A DNA stretch of 64,000 nt from NCBI GenBank assembly GCA_002633005.1, contig NMRA01000571.1, positions 199,418 to 263,417 on the forward strand, written 5' to 3'. Each line of letters opens with the position of its first letter. Within the stretch, counting starts at the first letter, position 1. This DNA comes from Phoronis australis. Lineage: Eukaryota > Animalia > Phoronida. Position numbers and translations under genes: made by a program. Positions 1 to 13,235 of the stretch are shown here, one piece after another. The notes below the pieces were generated by a model. That model was not told the DNA's origin. It did not search any database and saw nothing but the letters and a program-made list of their open reading frames with translations.

Positions 1-635
1 ACAGCCTTATCCTGTTTCTTCTCAGTTTAAGTGCTTTTTGGGCTTGGGGAGAAAGGACAGTTTTATGTTCCGTACATCACGGCGCCACCTAAGATGATAC
101 AGGCACAATGGATGTGCGTAGGAATCAGTGCGCACGACGTGCTTTGGACGTTTGTCACATACACATGGTGTGAAAGTGAGTCGGAAAGGTACTAAATAGT
201 TTTCATTTTGTTGCTTTTTCTATGCTTTATAATGTTGTGTGTGCTGAATTTGTGTGCACTGCATCGAGTTTGTCCCTTGTGCTTCAACAACAGCAAGCCA
301 CGTTAAGGCATTTGAGAATACATGGAACAATATACTGATACCTTTCTTAAAACCAATGGGAATGTCTGTTGTTAGTTTCCAACCAATGAGAATGCCCAAA
401 TTATACCTCATTCTGTTAACCAATGGGACGCCGTGTTACACGACTCACAGTCTGCCCAACCTATCATAGTGTTGGGAAAGAGTGCAAGTTCACTACTGCT
501 AAACACCTTGGTCATTACATTGGCCCAAGCCACTGCTGGTCATTATGCAGCCAAAGCATTTCAACAAGTAACAAATTATCTCGGTAACTAACACAGTTAT
601 GGGTCTATTCTCGGAAACTTAACTACAGTGAGTTT

Positions 636-839
636 CAATACACCTTATTCATGCAGTCGCCATTTTGGTGGTGAGCCTCTTTTTAGGTTTAAAAAACAAT
701 GCATTCGAGACATAAATATAACGAGGCACGCGAAAAGTCACGCTACGCACTGTGATTTAGCACAGAATGCATCGGTTTTAAAACCTAAAAAGAGGCTCAC
801 TTTTAATATGGCGACTGCGGGCGTGAATAAGGTGTATTG
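636..839. mobile_element. MITE-like element with imperfect terminal inverted repeats
   Basis: CAATACACCTTATTCA..GCAGTCGCCAT at the left end; ATGGCGACTGC..TGAATAAGGTGTATTG at the right end. Confidence 0.65.
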
Positions 840-1602
840 TTTTTCACAATTCGTCATGTGCCAAACTTCTGACTTAAGTCATTAAGACCCTTTTCATCAC
901 ACTGACTGTTGGTAAAATCTTTGGAAAATCTACCGTAAGCACAAGTAATCATCGTGGTCAGGACGGAAAGCATCTAAGGTAATCTTCATAATATCAGCCG
1001 GCGAAGGCATCTTGTCACTTAAGTGACAGGTAGGTACTCTGTTCCTTGCGGCATAAGCCTGCACCAGCTCAGGACGCCGAGGGCGGAGTTTCTCTTTTAC
1101 CCCAAAACATAAAGTATAGTCCATTCCCATGGCACCTGTAATTGATTCCAGCACAAGTTGTTTGTGAAAAGTCTTTTCCAAATGATCTGGTGAAGTGACT
1201 TAAAGCCTATCTTAAACACTAAGACCTGCAAATTTGGTTCCTACAGTTTGTTAAGACTGAGCATCGCTCTGAACCCACCAGTGCCATACATTGGCAAATG
1301 TAATGAACTGATAGGTGCTTTTGCCTACATCTCTGTGTAAATCCCATTTTAATGCAAACAGCTGCAAATAACACCCACACACAATGGTGTACTATTCAGA
1401 CATCTATTCAACACAACTGCTATTGGCCTTTTCTTGCTCATACTGGGTTCTGGCCCTGATGCAATATGGCATGAAAAGGCAACTTATAAATAACCTAACA
1501 TTTGAAAGGCTTACATCTGTGTGATTAAACTCTTACATTTTTATTTGGCTATTAAGTCTTTGCTGGGACTATTTGGTGAGCCCAATACATTTGAAATAAG
1601 AG

Positions 1603-1664
1603 AAATTCTGTTCCTCATTGTAAATATTACATAAATAAATAATAAATAAATAAAAATTCTGTTC
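1603..1664 (+). mobile_element. Extremely 5'-truncated LINE tail (40 bp) with 11-bp target-site duplication
   Basis: AAATTCTGTTC at 1603-1613 and 1654-1664 flanks CTCATTGTAAATATTAC(ATAA)n, which resembles the LINE 3' tails ending near 42215 and 50822. Confidence 0.7.
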
Positions 1665-4320
1665 AAGGTAAGCCTTATTGATCAAGCCAGAAAATTAGTC
1701 TTACGCTCCACACAACTATTTTAAAAAAATAATTAAATTTCAGGTTGAGCAAAAGTGCCAAGTCTCTTCAGTATTCTCCACACTCAAAAATAAAACCACT
1801 TTTAAAATTTAGACAGGTTGCAGCATATGCCTATCATAGTGAAAACACACAAATTACATCTTTTTATTCAAAATAAAAAACAACTGTGCCTTGTGCTATC
1901 TAAACAGGTCAGAGGCAAAATCAAACAGGTCGCGACGACCTGTTAAAACAGGTCACGGAGAACACTGCTCTTTTAGTGCAGACATAACTGTCACTTATTG
2001 AGAAAATTTCTGTACATTATTTCTAGACTGCAATGTACTCCTAGTTGCATGACTGAAACTTCATACAGCAACAGTGAAGTGGAAACATTAGATAAAATAT
2101 TGGTCTTAATCTTACGACACTTCTATTGCAGTATTCTGCTCCAAGGCAATATCTCAGGTAACTTTAATTCGTGAAGTTTTGGTTTTCAAGCTAGGTGCTT
2201 GTAATGTCTAAACTTTCCTAATATTGAAACGTCATTCCTTGTACACTCTAGCGTCGTTTTGCTTTCAACTTTCTGCCTCTAATTTGGCCAAAAGCTAAAT
2301 GTTACTATGCCACCTTTTATGAACATGCTCATGGATATATGACGTACTGGTGAGGTCCATTTCTGGCAAGGAAAATATATCAGGACATAAGTAAACTGTC
2401 ATAAAATCATAGGTTTTTCCAACTTTTGAAGAAGCAAAACAGAAGTTTATATTTTTTCCAAAGCGTCAAAGCAATAATAACTTTTTGCAGCTTCTATTGA
2501 TAAGACTGAAATATGCGAATTTTACGTCAAGACAACCTTTAGATAACTACATTGATCAACTTTATTGTTTGCGTCTGCATTCACTCTCACTGAACAAACA
2601 CGAATGACTTGCTCAGACTGTGCTCACCCAGAGTGCAGCATATGAATGCAGGCTCAAGACACTGGTTTTTTTTGGGCCGATGACATCACTTCCTATAGTT
2701 TCATGACAAGTACATACATGCCAATGGAACAGTAATTTACACATAAATGTCTCTAGAATATAACCAGAGATGTAAATATGAATTTTTATTAAAAGTAAAA
2801 CCAACACTGGTTGTTTTTCCCTATCATAATTTTTCTGAAACAGTTGTGAGCAGCGTTGGAAGAAATTTCTGACATTTCAGGTCACTTTCCGTAAAGAGGA
2901 CCCCAGGGTTTAAACCAATCATATTAGTTACAGATTAGACACTGATTTCACGGGGTGCAATTTCTTAATTTAAAAAGCTTTTTCACAGCCCTCTTTGTAT
3001 GCACAGTAATTCTCTGACATTCATTTCACACAAAAGTAATTGCCTAAATTGCAATTTGCCGTTATTCAAAATCTGATTATTTTACTGCAAACAAGGAAAA
3101 ATTGACTAAAAGTTGTTTTATGGCATCCACATAGTACAAACCATGCTACACTGTAGTTACGGACTAAATTTTTCATGCTGTTTATTTCTAAGGCACATTT
3201 TACAAAATGGAATTTCACTAGTCAGTCATATTGTGTGCTCACTTTTAGTAAAAGTAGGAGATTAATTGCTGTAAACTACTTTTCTGACCGAGTAGTAATT
3301 TCTTATGACCGTCTCGGGCATTATTTAGAAATTCCTAATACAGGTGCTTGACTGACCCAACAACGCTGTGTCCAGTGGGGAGACACCACTTGCAGTCCTC
3401 GGATTGGTCGACAATGTGCCAGAACCTAAAAAAAATGGAGAAAGTAAACAAATTTTGTGAAACGATAACTCACGACAATGAAGTATGGTAATATGTCACC
3501 AGTTGAGGACACAACATGGCGTGGGATGAAATTTTATTTTTTCATCTGTTGCTTTCCATTAGAAGTGAAACTTCACTTTTACTGAAGTTTCGGTAAGTGG
3601 AAAAGGTGAACTCCCGCTATTAAAGTGCGAGCGATATTTCGCTAAAATAGTAGGACTTAAAAGTAAAGCTTCTGTACTCGCTGAAACTTACGTATGATGG
3701 GAACGAAGTTTCGTCGAAGTTACTGGCAGAGGTTGTGGCAAGGATACACGATCACGCGAGATTTGTAAACTGTTCTGTGTGTACCATAGCCGACATGCTC
3801 TTAATAGAGTCTCAATAAAAGAAAGCATATCTGATCATTTTCATCAACATTCGTAAATGGCAATTTTCAGTTAGCCTGGAAGTCACTACTCAATGTTCGT
3901 TTGAGAGTACAAAATAAAATAAATTGCGATCTCTGAGGTCTACTCTGACGACTGAATCGTCATCTAGTGATAACTTCATAGATATCGTTGTCTAGTTAAA
4001 ACTTTTCATGTGGCACTCTTTCCAGCAATGAGAGTACGAAAATGTCTTCCGCTATACCCCGGCTCAGATTTGGCAGACAGAAATACATTAATACATAGTG
4101 GTTCAATAAAAACAGAGGAATAAATTCAACAGTCAACCCCTCCCCCCCTCCCATTGAATGTTTGATTAGCTAGCCTTTACTAATAAATACATAACAGCTT
4201 TTTGTCACCGGCTGGGATTGAAATTCTTTCGCTTTATCAGCCACAGTCTCAGGGTTTGTCGCGGATTTTTTCCGTATGTTGGACCCGAACGGCCAATAAA
4301 TTTTCATTTAAGGTTGAGTA

Positions 4321-4935
4321 GAACCCTAGAAAAATGGCTAAATGTGACTAAGTTGAAAATATCACACCTCAGAAATGGATGATCGGATTCATGTGAGACT
4401 TTCAGATACTGTGTATCATGAAGAGTCCTTAAAAATACTGTTACGAATTGTCTGTAAAATGTGTCACTAGTGCATGAGAGACTATCGAAAAACAGAACGT
4501 TTATAATTTTTTTGAAAAATTAAATGCTGCATAAAATGAAAAAATGATAATAATTAAGGATGGAAAATGAAAACTGTAAAATGTTCAGGATAAAATTCGG
4601 TCATGTTACTGAATAAGATACCGTTGTNGAACCCTAGAAAAATGGCTAAATGTGACTAAGTTGAAAATATCACATCTCAGAAATGGATGATCGGATTCGT
4701 GTGAGACTTTCAGATACTGTGTATCATGAAGAGTCCTTAAAAATACTGTTACGAATTGTCTGTAAAATGTGTCACTAGTGCATGAGAGACTATCGAAAAA
4801 CAGAACGTTTATAATTTTTTTGAAAAATTAAATGCTGCATAAAATGAAAAAATGATAATAATTAAGGATGGAAAATGAAAACTGTAAAATGTTCAGGATA
4901 AAATTCGGTCATGTTACTGAATAAGATACCGTTGT
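4321..4935 (+). repeat. 307-bp direct duplication joined by a single N (probable contig-overlap/haplotype artefact)
   Basis: 4321-4627 matches 4629-4935 apart from ~2 substitutions; N at 4628. Confidence 0.9.
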
Positions 4936-5842
4936 TCTGTCATGAGAGTACCTTTCATTTTTGCAAAAACTTTACTCAAAACACGTATTACCTGACTTAC
5001 AACAGAATGGTATGAAGTTCATAATAATAATAATCCTACAGTCTTTGCACTTTCAGAACTACCGAGCTAAAATCTATAGTTTTGTAGATACTTGGCTAAA
5101 TAAACTTGACTAATAAGGCAACTTTGGGCAGTGATTCTGTAAAACAGATTATCAAAGACAGCAACACGCAGACAGAACGAGCAATCAAGGTGGTCTGTAC
5201 ACTTATGTGTTGTAACAACGGCGCGTTAAGTAATCCCCTTGTCTGTCCAGAGTCCGACTTCAGCCTAGTCACAATCTTGTATTCACGCCCAGGTTAATAA
5301 AATGTTTATTCATTTTCACGAAAAATTATTTACAAAACAATTTAAGGAAGACAATTGTTTCTGCTGCCTTACCAATGGTGACTACCCTGGTAAAAACTCA
5401 ACCTAACAGTGGCAAGTGAGAACAGTTAAACATTTCCCAGAAAATGCAGATTGTCCCAAAAGAACCAACATTCAGGACAGCATACCTATCGCTGAGGGCT
5501 CAACCAATGGGTCAATGTCTGAAGCCGTCATAGAAACATCTCCCGTCTCTTCGGCTGGAAAATTAAGGTTTAGAAATTTTACAAATTACCTAAAAATGTC
5601 AACATATCCTCACTTTCAAGATGAAATCTTCAAATTAATCCTATGCTTATTATATTTCGTAAAATTTCAATAACCAATCTCATGCTTGGTCAAAGTTAAC
5701 AGCACACCACCTTATTTTACATTTTTCTCCAACTCCGAATTTCTTTGCTTCCTATGGTTAGCTTGAAAATATCTATAAATCAAATGTGTGAAAAATAGGC
5801 AGGTGACCTGGTGCCTTCTATGGCCATTGCATTGATCACCTG

Positions 5843-6230
5843 GGCCCCTGTGCTAATCTTTTTACTCGAAATGGAACTCAAAATTATGTTTGGCATTTTC
5901 TATTCTACTGTTGTGCGAATTCAGGAAATTCTGTGTTCAAGTACATAATGACTTACGGGGACATTTTTTGGTTCTAATTTGCAGTGGATAAACCCAACAT
6001 TAAGCCTAAAAGTTCGAGTTTGAACTTGAAATTTTGAGTTTTTACTCGAGTTTGTAGCACGAATATATGGGTCATCAAGTGCAATCTTAGACTAGAAATT
6101 CATATGTGTAAACTACGATGTTTTCGAGCACACTCTAATAACCACTTATCTCAAGTTCCCACAAAAGTAGCAGAGAAATTGCCAAAATAATTTCGAGTTC
6201 ATTTCGAGTACAAAGATTAAATTCCAGGCT
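5843..6230 (-). mobile_element. Harbinger/PIF-type MITE, diverged copy of 26429-26829
   Basis: Reverse-orientation similarity to 26429-26829 (AATCTTTTTACTCGAAATGGAACTC...TTTCGAGTACAAAGATT); GGCCC left end with CTG/CAG flanks. Confidence 0.75.
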
Positions 6231-8362
6231 CAGGAATCAAAGTGATGCCTCGGCATGGGGTTCCTCTAAGTTTTCCAATCCTGTCATTTTCTCAGGAAAT
6301 TAAAAATGCAGAAAGGCTATGTAAACCAGGCTTCATTATCAAAAAAAAAATATAAATCAATTTGTTAGATCAGTCAAATTTGGGACACATTTCCTCAAGG
6401 TAGCAGCCGCTGCGCAAACTTCAATTCGATTGCTCATCAGTAACACAATTCAATCTTATCTATCTTGAGTGAATTACGCCACCAAGCCAAACCAATTTTC
6501 GCACCGACTACAGCCCAAAATAAAGAAATTCCACAATCGGTTCACGTGCGACAATGCAACTGAAGCTGTGTACTCAACAAAGTCTGCCACGTTGCAAGCA
6601 GTTTGGCAAGCTGAGTGATAAACCTCGAATACGGTAGTTCCAAAAATTAATTTCACTTCCTCTTGGTACAACAATTGTTCATCATTATCGTACAACAAAA
6701 TCAACAGAATAATGGCAAGTGAGAAGAAAAGAACATTTCACCAAAAATAAAAAAAATTGTCATACCTGTCATGGACTCGGCCAAGAAGTCAATGTCAGAG
6801 GCTGTAATAGAAACCTCTTCCATCTCTTCGCCTGAAAAAAAATTAAGGTATATTTTGCGAACTATTCTGAAAAAAATTTTAAAGTTTGGCTGAATTTGGG
6901 AACATCCTATATCAGAAACGGCAGGACAGATTCAAGACGTCACCTACGAATCCTATACTTAATGTAGCACACTTTTCCAAAAAGATGTTTGGAATTGTTT
7001 TTAAAATGCACTTTTTGCATCAAGTTAGTTATCTTTAAAAACTATAAAATCGGACTGGATCTTTTTCTGATGGGAAAAATGCCACAACATGCGTACCTTG
7101 TATCGTATGAGCAGCCTCTGACCCTTCGAGGCTATATTCCTCCATTGGAACATCTCCTATCTCGTTATCTGAAAAAAATTTTTATTTCTTTTCAAAAAAT
7201 AATGCAGATGGACACCACGTCAAGAGTGATTATGGTGAATAGCACCGATTTCAGCGAAAATAATTGCTGAAACTGCAATTTTTCATTCATTTTTCTATGG
7301 CTTCTTACATTGAATTTGGCAGACGACAGCTAAGGAGTTGAACTTGAAAATAGAAAACCATTAATTTTGGTGCTACATATCTTTCATGGAGAAAAAAATG
7401 AGAAAAGAAAATATCACTTGTCTCTTATCCACCATTAAATACAGTAACTTTGATGATGGTCTATGCTTGCACTCGGCTTTTAAGATGGAGAATTTCATTG
7501 ATGCTCAGTGGTCATAACAAAGAAGTCCGGTACATTCCAACATGAGCAAGGAATAAGTCGAGACAGGTTTTACACGTTCAGCTAAGTTGTTTGTTCACAC
7601 CAATGTAACTGTTCATCTTCAGACCTAATTACTCACAAGCGACAGTGCAGACAGAGCAAGGTGAGCCACAGTCATCCACACAAGTAGCGACATCTCCATG
7701 TGTAACACCATCAATCTGTAGAGTGGCGCCCTCTAAAGAATAACATACTAAGGTCAGATGGCTATAGACCGGGTTTTGACTTTATAAACAATACGTTGTT
7801 TGTCACGGCAGGTTAGTATCAATTGCCATGACAGTACAGCAATCAGGCCAGAACAAACGACATATTCAGCCAATTTGTATTCAAGCAAAGGTCAGAACAC
7901 GCTGACATTGTTGTGGAGGATATACATGCTGCCTTGTGCAATAAAAGTTGAATATTTTAACACTGAAACATATGGTTTGTAGTGGCTTCAGGCTATTGTC
8001 AAACAGAACTGGAGGCGAGTTGGGTGCTATACTCAGGTAACAAAAAAGTTCTGCATATTAGACACTCTAGAGTTTATACTCAAAGCAACACTATCTTTCA
8101 AAACAGTCATTTCCTCACTCCAGAAGCGCGCACTCGAATGCCTCTCTCAGGTGCAGGCGATTACCCTTTGTCCCACGTACTAAAGTGTATGGCTCAAAGA
8201 AAAAGAATAATTGGGTCGTGTCTAGGTTGCATTTTTGTTTAACCCGACAAAGATTCACTGATTCGTTGGACACCGTAGTGCGTGCACTCGGTCGAATAGG
8301 CGAGTCGATTCTGGCATGACTTGTGTAAACCATCTTAATCCCATGGGATCTGATTTCATCCA

Positions 8363-8570
8363 GAACACCTTGGATATTTCCGTAGTCTCAAATTTCACTC
8401 AAAGGTGAAATCTACCTGCGCATGTACAGAATTTGGTTATAAAGTTAGAGTCGTGCGGCTTCCTGACTGGAGAGTATTGTGCTGTAGGAATGAAGTCTGT
8501 TTATAGGCGCAGGTGGCGTTCACCTATTGGGGGAAATTTGAAGCTACAGCAAAAAATATCCAAGGTGTTC
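8363..8570. mobile_element. Small inverted-repeat (MITE-like) element
   Basis: Perfect 17-bp inverted pair GAACACCTTGGATATTT (8363-8379) / AAATATCCAAGGTGTTC (8554-8570), with further imperfect inner pairing. Confidence 0.55.
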
Positions 8571-11500
8571 AAAATGATGTGGCTTATTAGTTGAGTTTTA
8601 CCTTACAATAGTTTTTAAACAATTACACTGAAAATATGTCTGCATTTCCTGTTCAGCAGCAGACAATTGTACTTAAAGTTCAAACAACCTCGTCCTTCAT
8701 TTAACACTCAAACACTTCAGGAGTTCTGCACATACCGAGCAGGCATAAGCGGCCACACATACAGAAGAACTTAGTAACTCCTGAACCAGAACTGTGTTTA
8801 AAGGAAACTTCTGTTTCCAATAACAACAAGGGTCCGGGCTCTAGTTTCTATATCTTGCCACGCCACGCTTTGTGTAAACTTAAACATGTGAACTCAAACC
8901 ATGCAGTATGATTGGCCAAGTATCAAGTTTCACCCTGAGTCAAATCTAAGTTTAAACATACATTCAGTCGCAGACAAGTATCTTCCTGCTTGCTACAGTT
9001 CACCAGAACATCACCAACCTGAGACTGTCCGTGACGTCTGCCCAGTGTCTGCCAATGGTATCTCCTCATCAATATTTCTCCGAGCTCTCCGCAAGCACGT
9101 TCTAAGACCCGTTATTCCCGGGGTTAATCTGATCTGTTGCAAAGTAGGAAAGGTCTGCGTGGAAAGAAAGATGGAGACATGTACTAAAAAAATTATAGCC
9201 CATGTGATTCCAGGTGATCCCTGGATTGTGTACTTCAATTCACCACTAATTTCACACTAAGGCACTTGCCAAAAGTTACCACTTTTCCATTTTTCAATTA
9301 ACTAAGGCAGATCTCCATGGTAACGGGATCTTTACCAAATATTGTTTCATGACATCGCCACAGTGCAAACCAAGTAATTAATTTTAATGTTTCAATGGAC
9401 AAATTTTCCATTCAATAAAATTCCACTTATCCGCCATATAGTGTGTGCTAAATAAATGAAGAAATGCAAAACTGCCCAGACCCAGGGTCATCGTGGCAAT
9501 TCATGACAATAATAATATTTACATTTTAATTTTATTTAACAATATCTAATCAGACTAAACATGTGTAACATAGTGGGATAGAGTCTGTGTGAGTTACGTA
9601 AATGTGGCTTTACTGACCACACAAGGCACCTTCTTATTCCTAACAGTAGATACTGGATATTGAAATGCTTTCAAATGGAGTCAAAGGTAATTATCCCAAA
9701 GGAGTATTCAGGCGGGTGGAAAAAAGATGTCGGTATGCCATTCTTACGGGTTGCATGGAACTTTTCTCCATCCTTTGTGGCATCAAGAAATGGCTTACCA
9801 GCAAATGCAGTTTTCTCAACAAACATCAGGGTACAATGCAAAACAATTGATACCTGCGTGGTACCTGCTCAAATTGACCAGACACCAATTAAAGGGGGTA
9901 ATTAAGTCCACCTTCTGTCACAGAAACAAACATTTAATTTAGACTACAATACTTACGTAATAAAATTGGTCTCCAAATGTTCCTTAGTCAAAATGGGTGT
10001 GATTTTTGGAAAGAGTTGCTTTTTGATTGAGACAAGACTGTAAAGAGTTGCTAAGTTAATCACCCAGCATGGCCTTAACCAACTGTCAGTTCATTAAAGG
10101 TGAAGGCAAACATTTTTCATGTCATTTTTACCAAAAACAAGGTCTGTTGATTATCCCAGACATATTTTACTTAATTACAGCTTTTCGTAATTTTATTAAT
10201 TTCTCGGCCTCTAATCCGGAAGTGACATTTTGGGAGGCAAGAATTTCGCGCCAATTTCTTTTCATACAGTCAGACTGTAAGAGCTGACAAGTCAGTCATT
10301 GTTCTACCTCGGATGTGATAAGTTCTGTCGTCGTTTGCTTTTGTTTACGAGTCAGTCAACATGCCACGCTGTTGCTGCACACCAGGATGTACTCATTATC
10401 GTTTGTTTTCCATTTAAGCACTACCAGTACATTCTTTTATAGACAGTCACTATCTCACAACCTGACGACATGTACATACCTTCATGGGGCAACCAGTCCT
10501 GCGCAAATGAACCCCAAGAGCCTGGGGCAACAGTTTCATCCTTTTGGGGTACCTCATAAACAGAAGTTGTCCAATGACAGAGCCTAGAGCGATAAAGAGG
10601 TCTGACACAGTCAAACATATAGGATCCCACCAGCTATGGTAAGAAAGTAACAATTTAGGAAAAAAAAAGTGGCACACAATTATCTTTGTGCGAAATCAGT
10701 GAAGAATTGTGGTATTCATGTTGAAGCAAATAATGGAATGACACTTTGGCATGAGTACATCAAAAAGTACCATTAAGGAAAGCTGCCTAAACCTTCTGAA
10801 GATCCGATACTAAGTAAACACAGCAACCACAATGGGGGACTTTTCATATTGGCATGAAAGCACAAAAGTGGCTTCCTATTGACCATGAATCAGATTTGGT
10901 GGACAGGAATTCAATGAGGAATTCGAAATGCACTAGGTGTTGCAAGTGAAGCAAGGGACCTTACCATGAATGGGCACATTCAGGCAAATCCTGTGGGTCC
11001 CTTATCACACCAAGACCCTCATGGTGATGAATTACTTACTGCTCTCAATCTTTTCAAACGTTAAAAAGAAGGATTTTCATGCGCACCACCTGGTGAATAT
11101 TGAGTCGCTCATTACAACATAGGGGTTCATAAACATAAAAGTGAAGGAATAAATCCCTCTGTCAACCACTTCCACTGTTTCATTAGGTAAGGTTCAGTAA
11201 TTTATTTTTAAATTAGCTTTTTGACACCTGCTGGGATCTAAATTATCCCACTATATCAGCATCAGCCACTGGCTAATCGCAGTGGAAACTGTATGGAACA
11301 GGATGTCATTGTTTAGCAATTGATATTTCAAAAGGTTTGCCTTTTCTGCATTGATACATTCCACCACACAGCAGTGGTAATTTGCCAGCATTACAATAGC
11401 GGGAAAATTGTCTAAACGCTGTTTATACCACTAGGATGAAACCTCCTGTCCCCTTTACATGGGTTCTGTAGATGGCGCTGAATGCCCTGTCCAACAAAGG

Positions 11501-12177
11501 CCTGATCTCAGTCTGACATGTTAGTGTATTTCAATATGGCGCAGCTATTTCAAAAGGCAGCTATTACAACAATGGCACCAGCTTCCTGGCTCATTACCCA
11601 TGGCAGGCTTTAGTGTCTTCTTAGGAAACTTTCCAGAAGCGAGTGATTTCCTGGCGCTACCTGACGAGAAAACAACAGCCAGCAATACAGCATAGAAAAG
11701 AGGACAGTTTTCCTTCACATCTGCCAATGCTTGGCTCCAAGGGAATCTTTTGTAGCTCACTATGTTGTTACTGTCGGAGTAATAGGGCGACAGCATGCTC
11801 CTGTAGAGGTTCTGTATCTCCTGAGACACCAGAACTTGAACACGTATCCTGAAGGTTTTTTGAAAATCTTCATTTTGTAGAAGTAGCCTTAAAGCTTTTG
11901 AACACTGACCATCCCATAAGAAACTAGCAGCCTCGTCGTTTCTTTTCCACTGAAAAATAACTTTAAGCATGTACCAAGTCTGAACCTTCTAAGAGGAAAG
12001 GGTTGGGGCTCTTTCAGAAACTTATACGCCACCACCAGGGCCCTCATACAGTCATTGGCTGTTCGTACATTGTAAGAGGAATATCCTAACAAGAATGTTG
12101 CACTTTGTCGAGCTTGGCATCTACAAAAGAAGCATGACGGTGCTTCTGTTTTTTGTCAAAGAAAACACTGGAAAAAT

Positions 12178-12468
12178 ATTGACATTTAGAGCACATTTTT
12201 CAGGTTCATCAGACATGCAGTACTTCAATTCCAAAAAACGCTCATAGGACTTTTTCCCAAAACAGGTCTATTTCAGAAAATAGATGTAAGAACACCACAA
12301 AAGAAATATGACTGTGTTGACTTTCTGTTAAAATAAAAATCAAGGAATACTGACACTTTGACCACATTTTTCAGGTTTACCACAGATGAAATACCTGAAT
12401 TCCAAAAATCCCTCACAAGACTTTCCCAAAAACGGGGCTATTTCAAAAATACACATATGAGCACTACG
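12178..12468. repeat. Diverged ~170-bp tandem duplication
   Basis: CACATTTTTCAGGTT..AATTCCAAAAA..CTATTTCA occurs twice with ~170-bp period. Confidence 0.75.
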
Positions 12469-13225
12469 TTTGATGTGGCTATTACCTAGAAGAAAACCAA
12501 TTAATCCTTAATCCTGGTAAGAATGTTTATTATCAAGTGCTACTATTCTTACCAATATCAAGATGTCAGAAAGATACCCAAGGGATTTTTAATGCAAAAT
12601 AGACAAGTCACGTAAAGTGAATGTTTTCGAATCCCATCCCGAAAGGAGTCTTTTGAAAGTTCCAGTAGACATCGAATCTTATAATTTCACTATTTTAACA
12701 GTTTTTAAAAAACATGGTCATGCGCGACTAAATTACTTACCCGCACATGTTATTTTTCTTTGACATATTATGGTTTCATCAACTGAAAATGTGTGCATAT
12801 CGATTTACCGGTAAACTGAAAAGTCTAAAACTCACGCACTTTCATCAAATTCGGTTTTGCCCTTGGCTTGAACTTGTCACATGGCAAACATGCTTTTAAT
12901 TTCCGACCCAAAGTGGCATCATCAGAAAGACGGCAGGCAAGTTTGTTGATCCGTTGATTTAGTCGTTTTACACTGCTGGCAATGTTTCCAAGCGCAGCGC
13001 CACAGTCGTAGCAAATTTTCCTTTCCGTGTTTGTAAGTGGTTCTAAGTCATGTGCTGGAACACCGAGCATTTCTACAACGTCCAAAAACGAGATGTCAGG
13101 GTCTGAATTTTTATTTTTTCTGACCATTCGAGTCGATGAAATATAGTTAAACTTCTTAAACCGCACGTGACTTGTCAGAGACTGGAAGCACAAATTGCAC
13201 AGATCTACGGGGGCAGCCATTTTTT

Positions 13226-13235
13226 GTCACGTGAC
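13226..13235. promoter_or_regulatory. Extended palindromic E-box (GTCACGTGAC) immediately upstream of the 13220 ATG
   Basis: Direct motif match to the USF/MiT-TFE-type E-box, adjacent to a YY1-like AAAATGGC at the start codon. Confidence 0.35.

Larger units (their letters stand above)
220..13220 (-). pseudogene. Putative multi-exon gene or decayed transposase gene: N-terminal ZAD-like CxxC...CxxC zinc domain, low-complexity mini-exon middle, C-terminal DUF6589/Academ-transposase-like region; probably degenerate and continuing beyond the left edge
   Basis: ATG at 13220 (AAAATGGCTGCC). Exon 1 reads CNLC...CYDC. AG/GT-bounded candidate exons: 13220-12836, 12782-12741, ~11950-11600 (FPWSQALADVKENCPLFYAVL), 9154-9019 (TLQQIRLTPG..DEEI), 7715-7637, 6831-6766, 5554-5486, 3425-3357, ~1190-934 (GMDYTLCFG..VQAYAARNRVPTCHLSD..P..I..F.P..DD..LR). 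Exons from 7715 to 3357 join in phase; phase breaks near 12085 and 9055 imply frameshifts. Family assignment is from memory of motifs. Confidence 0.5.
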
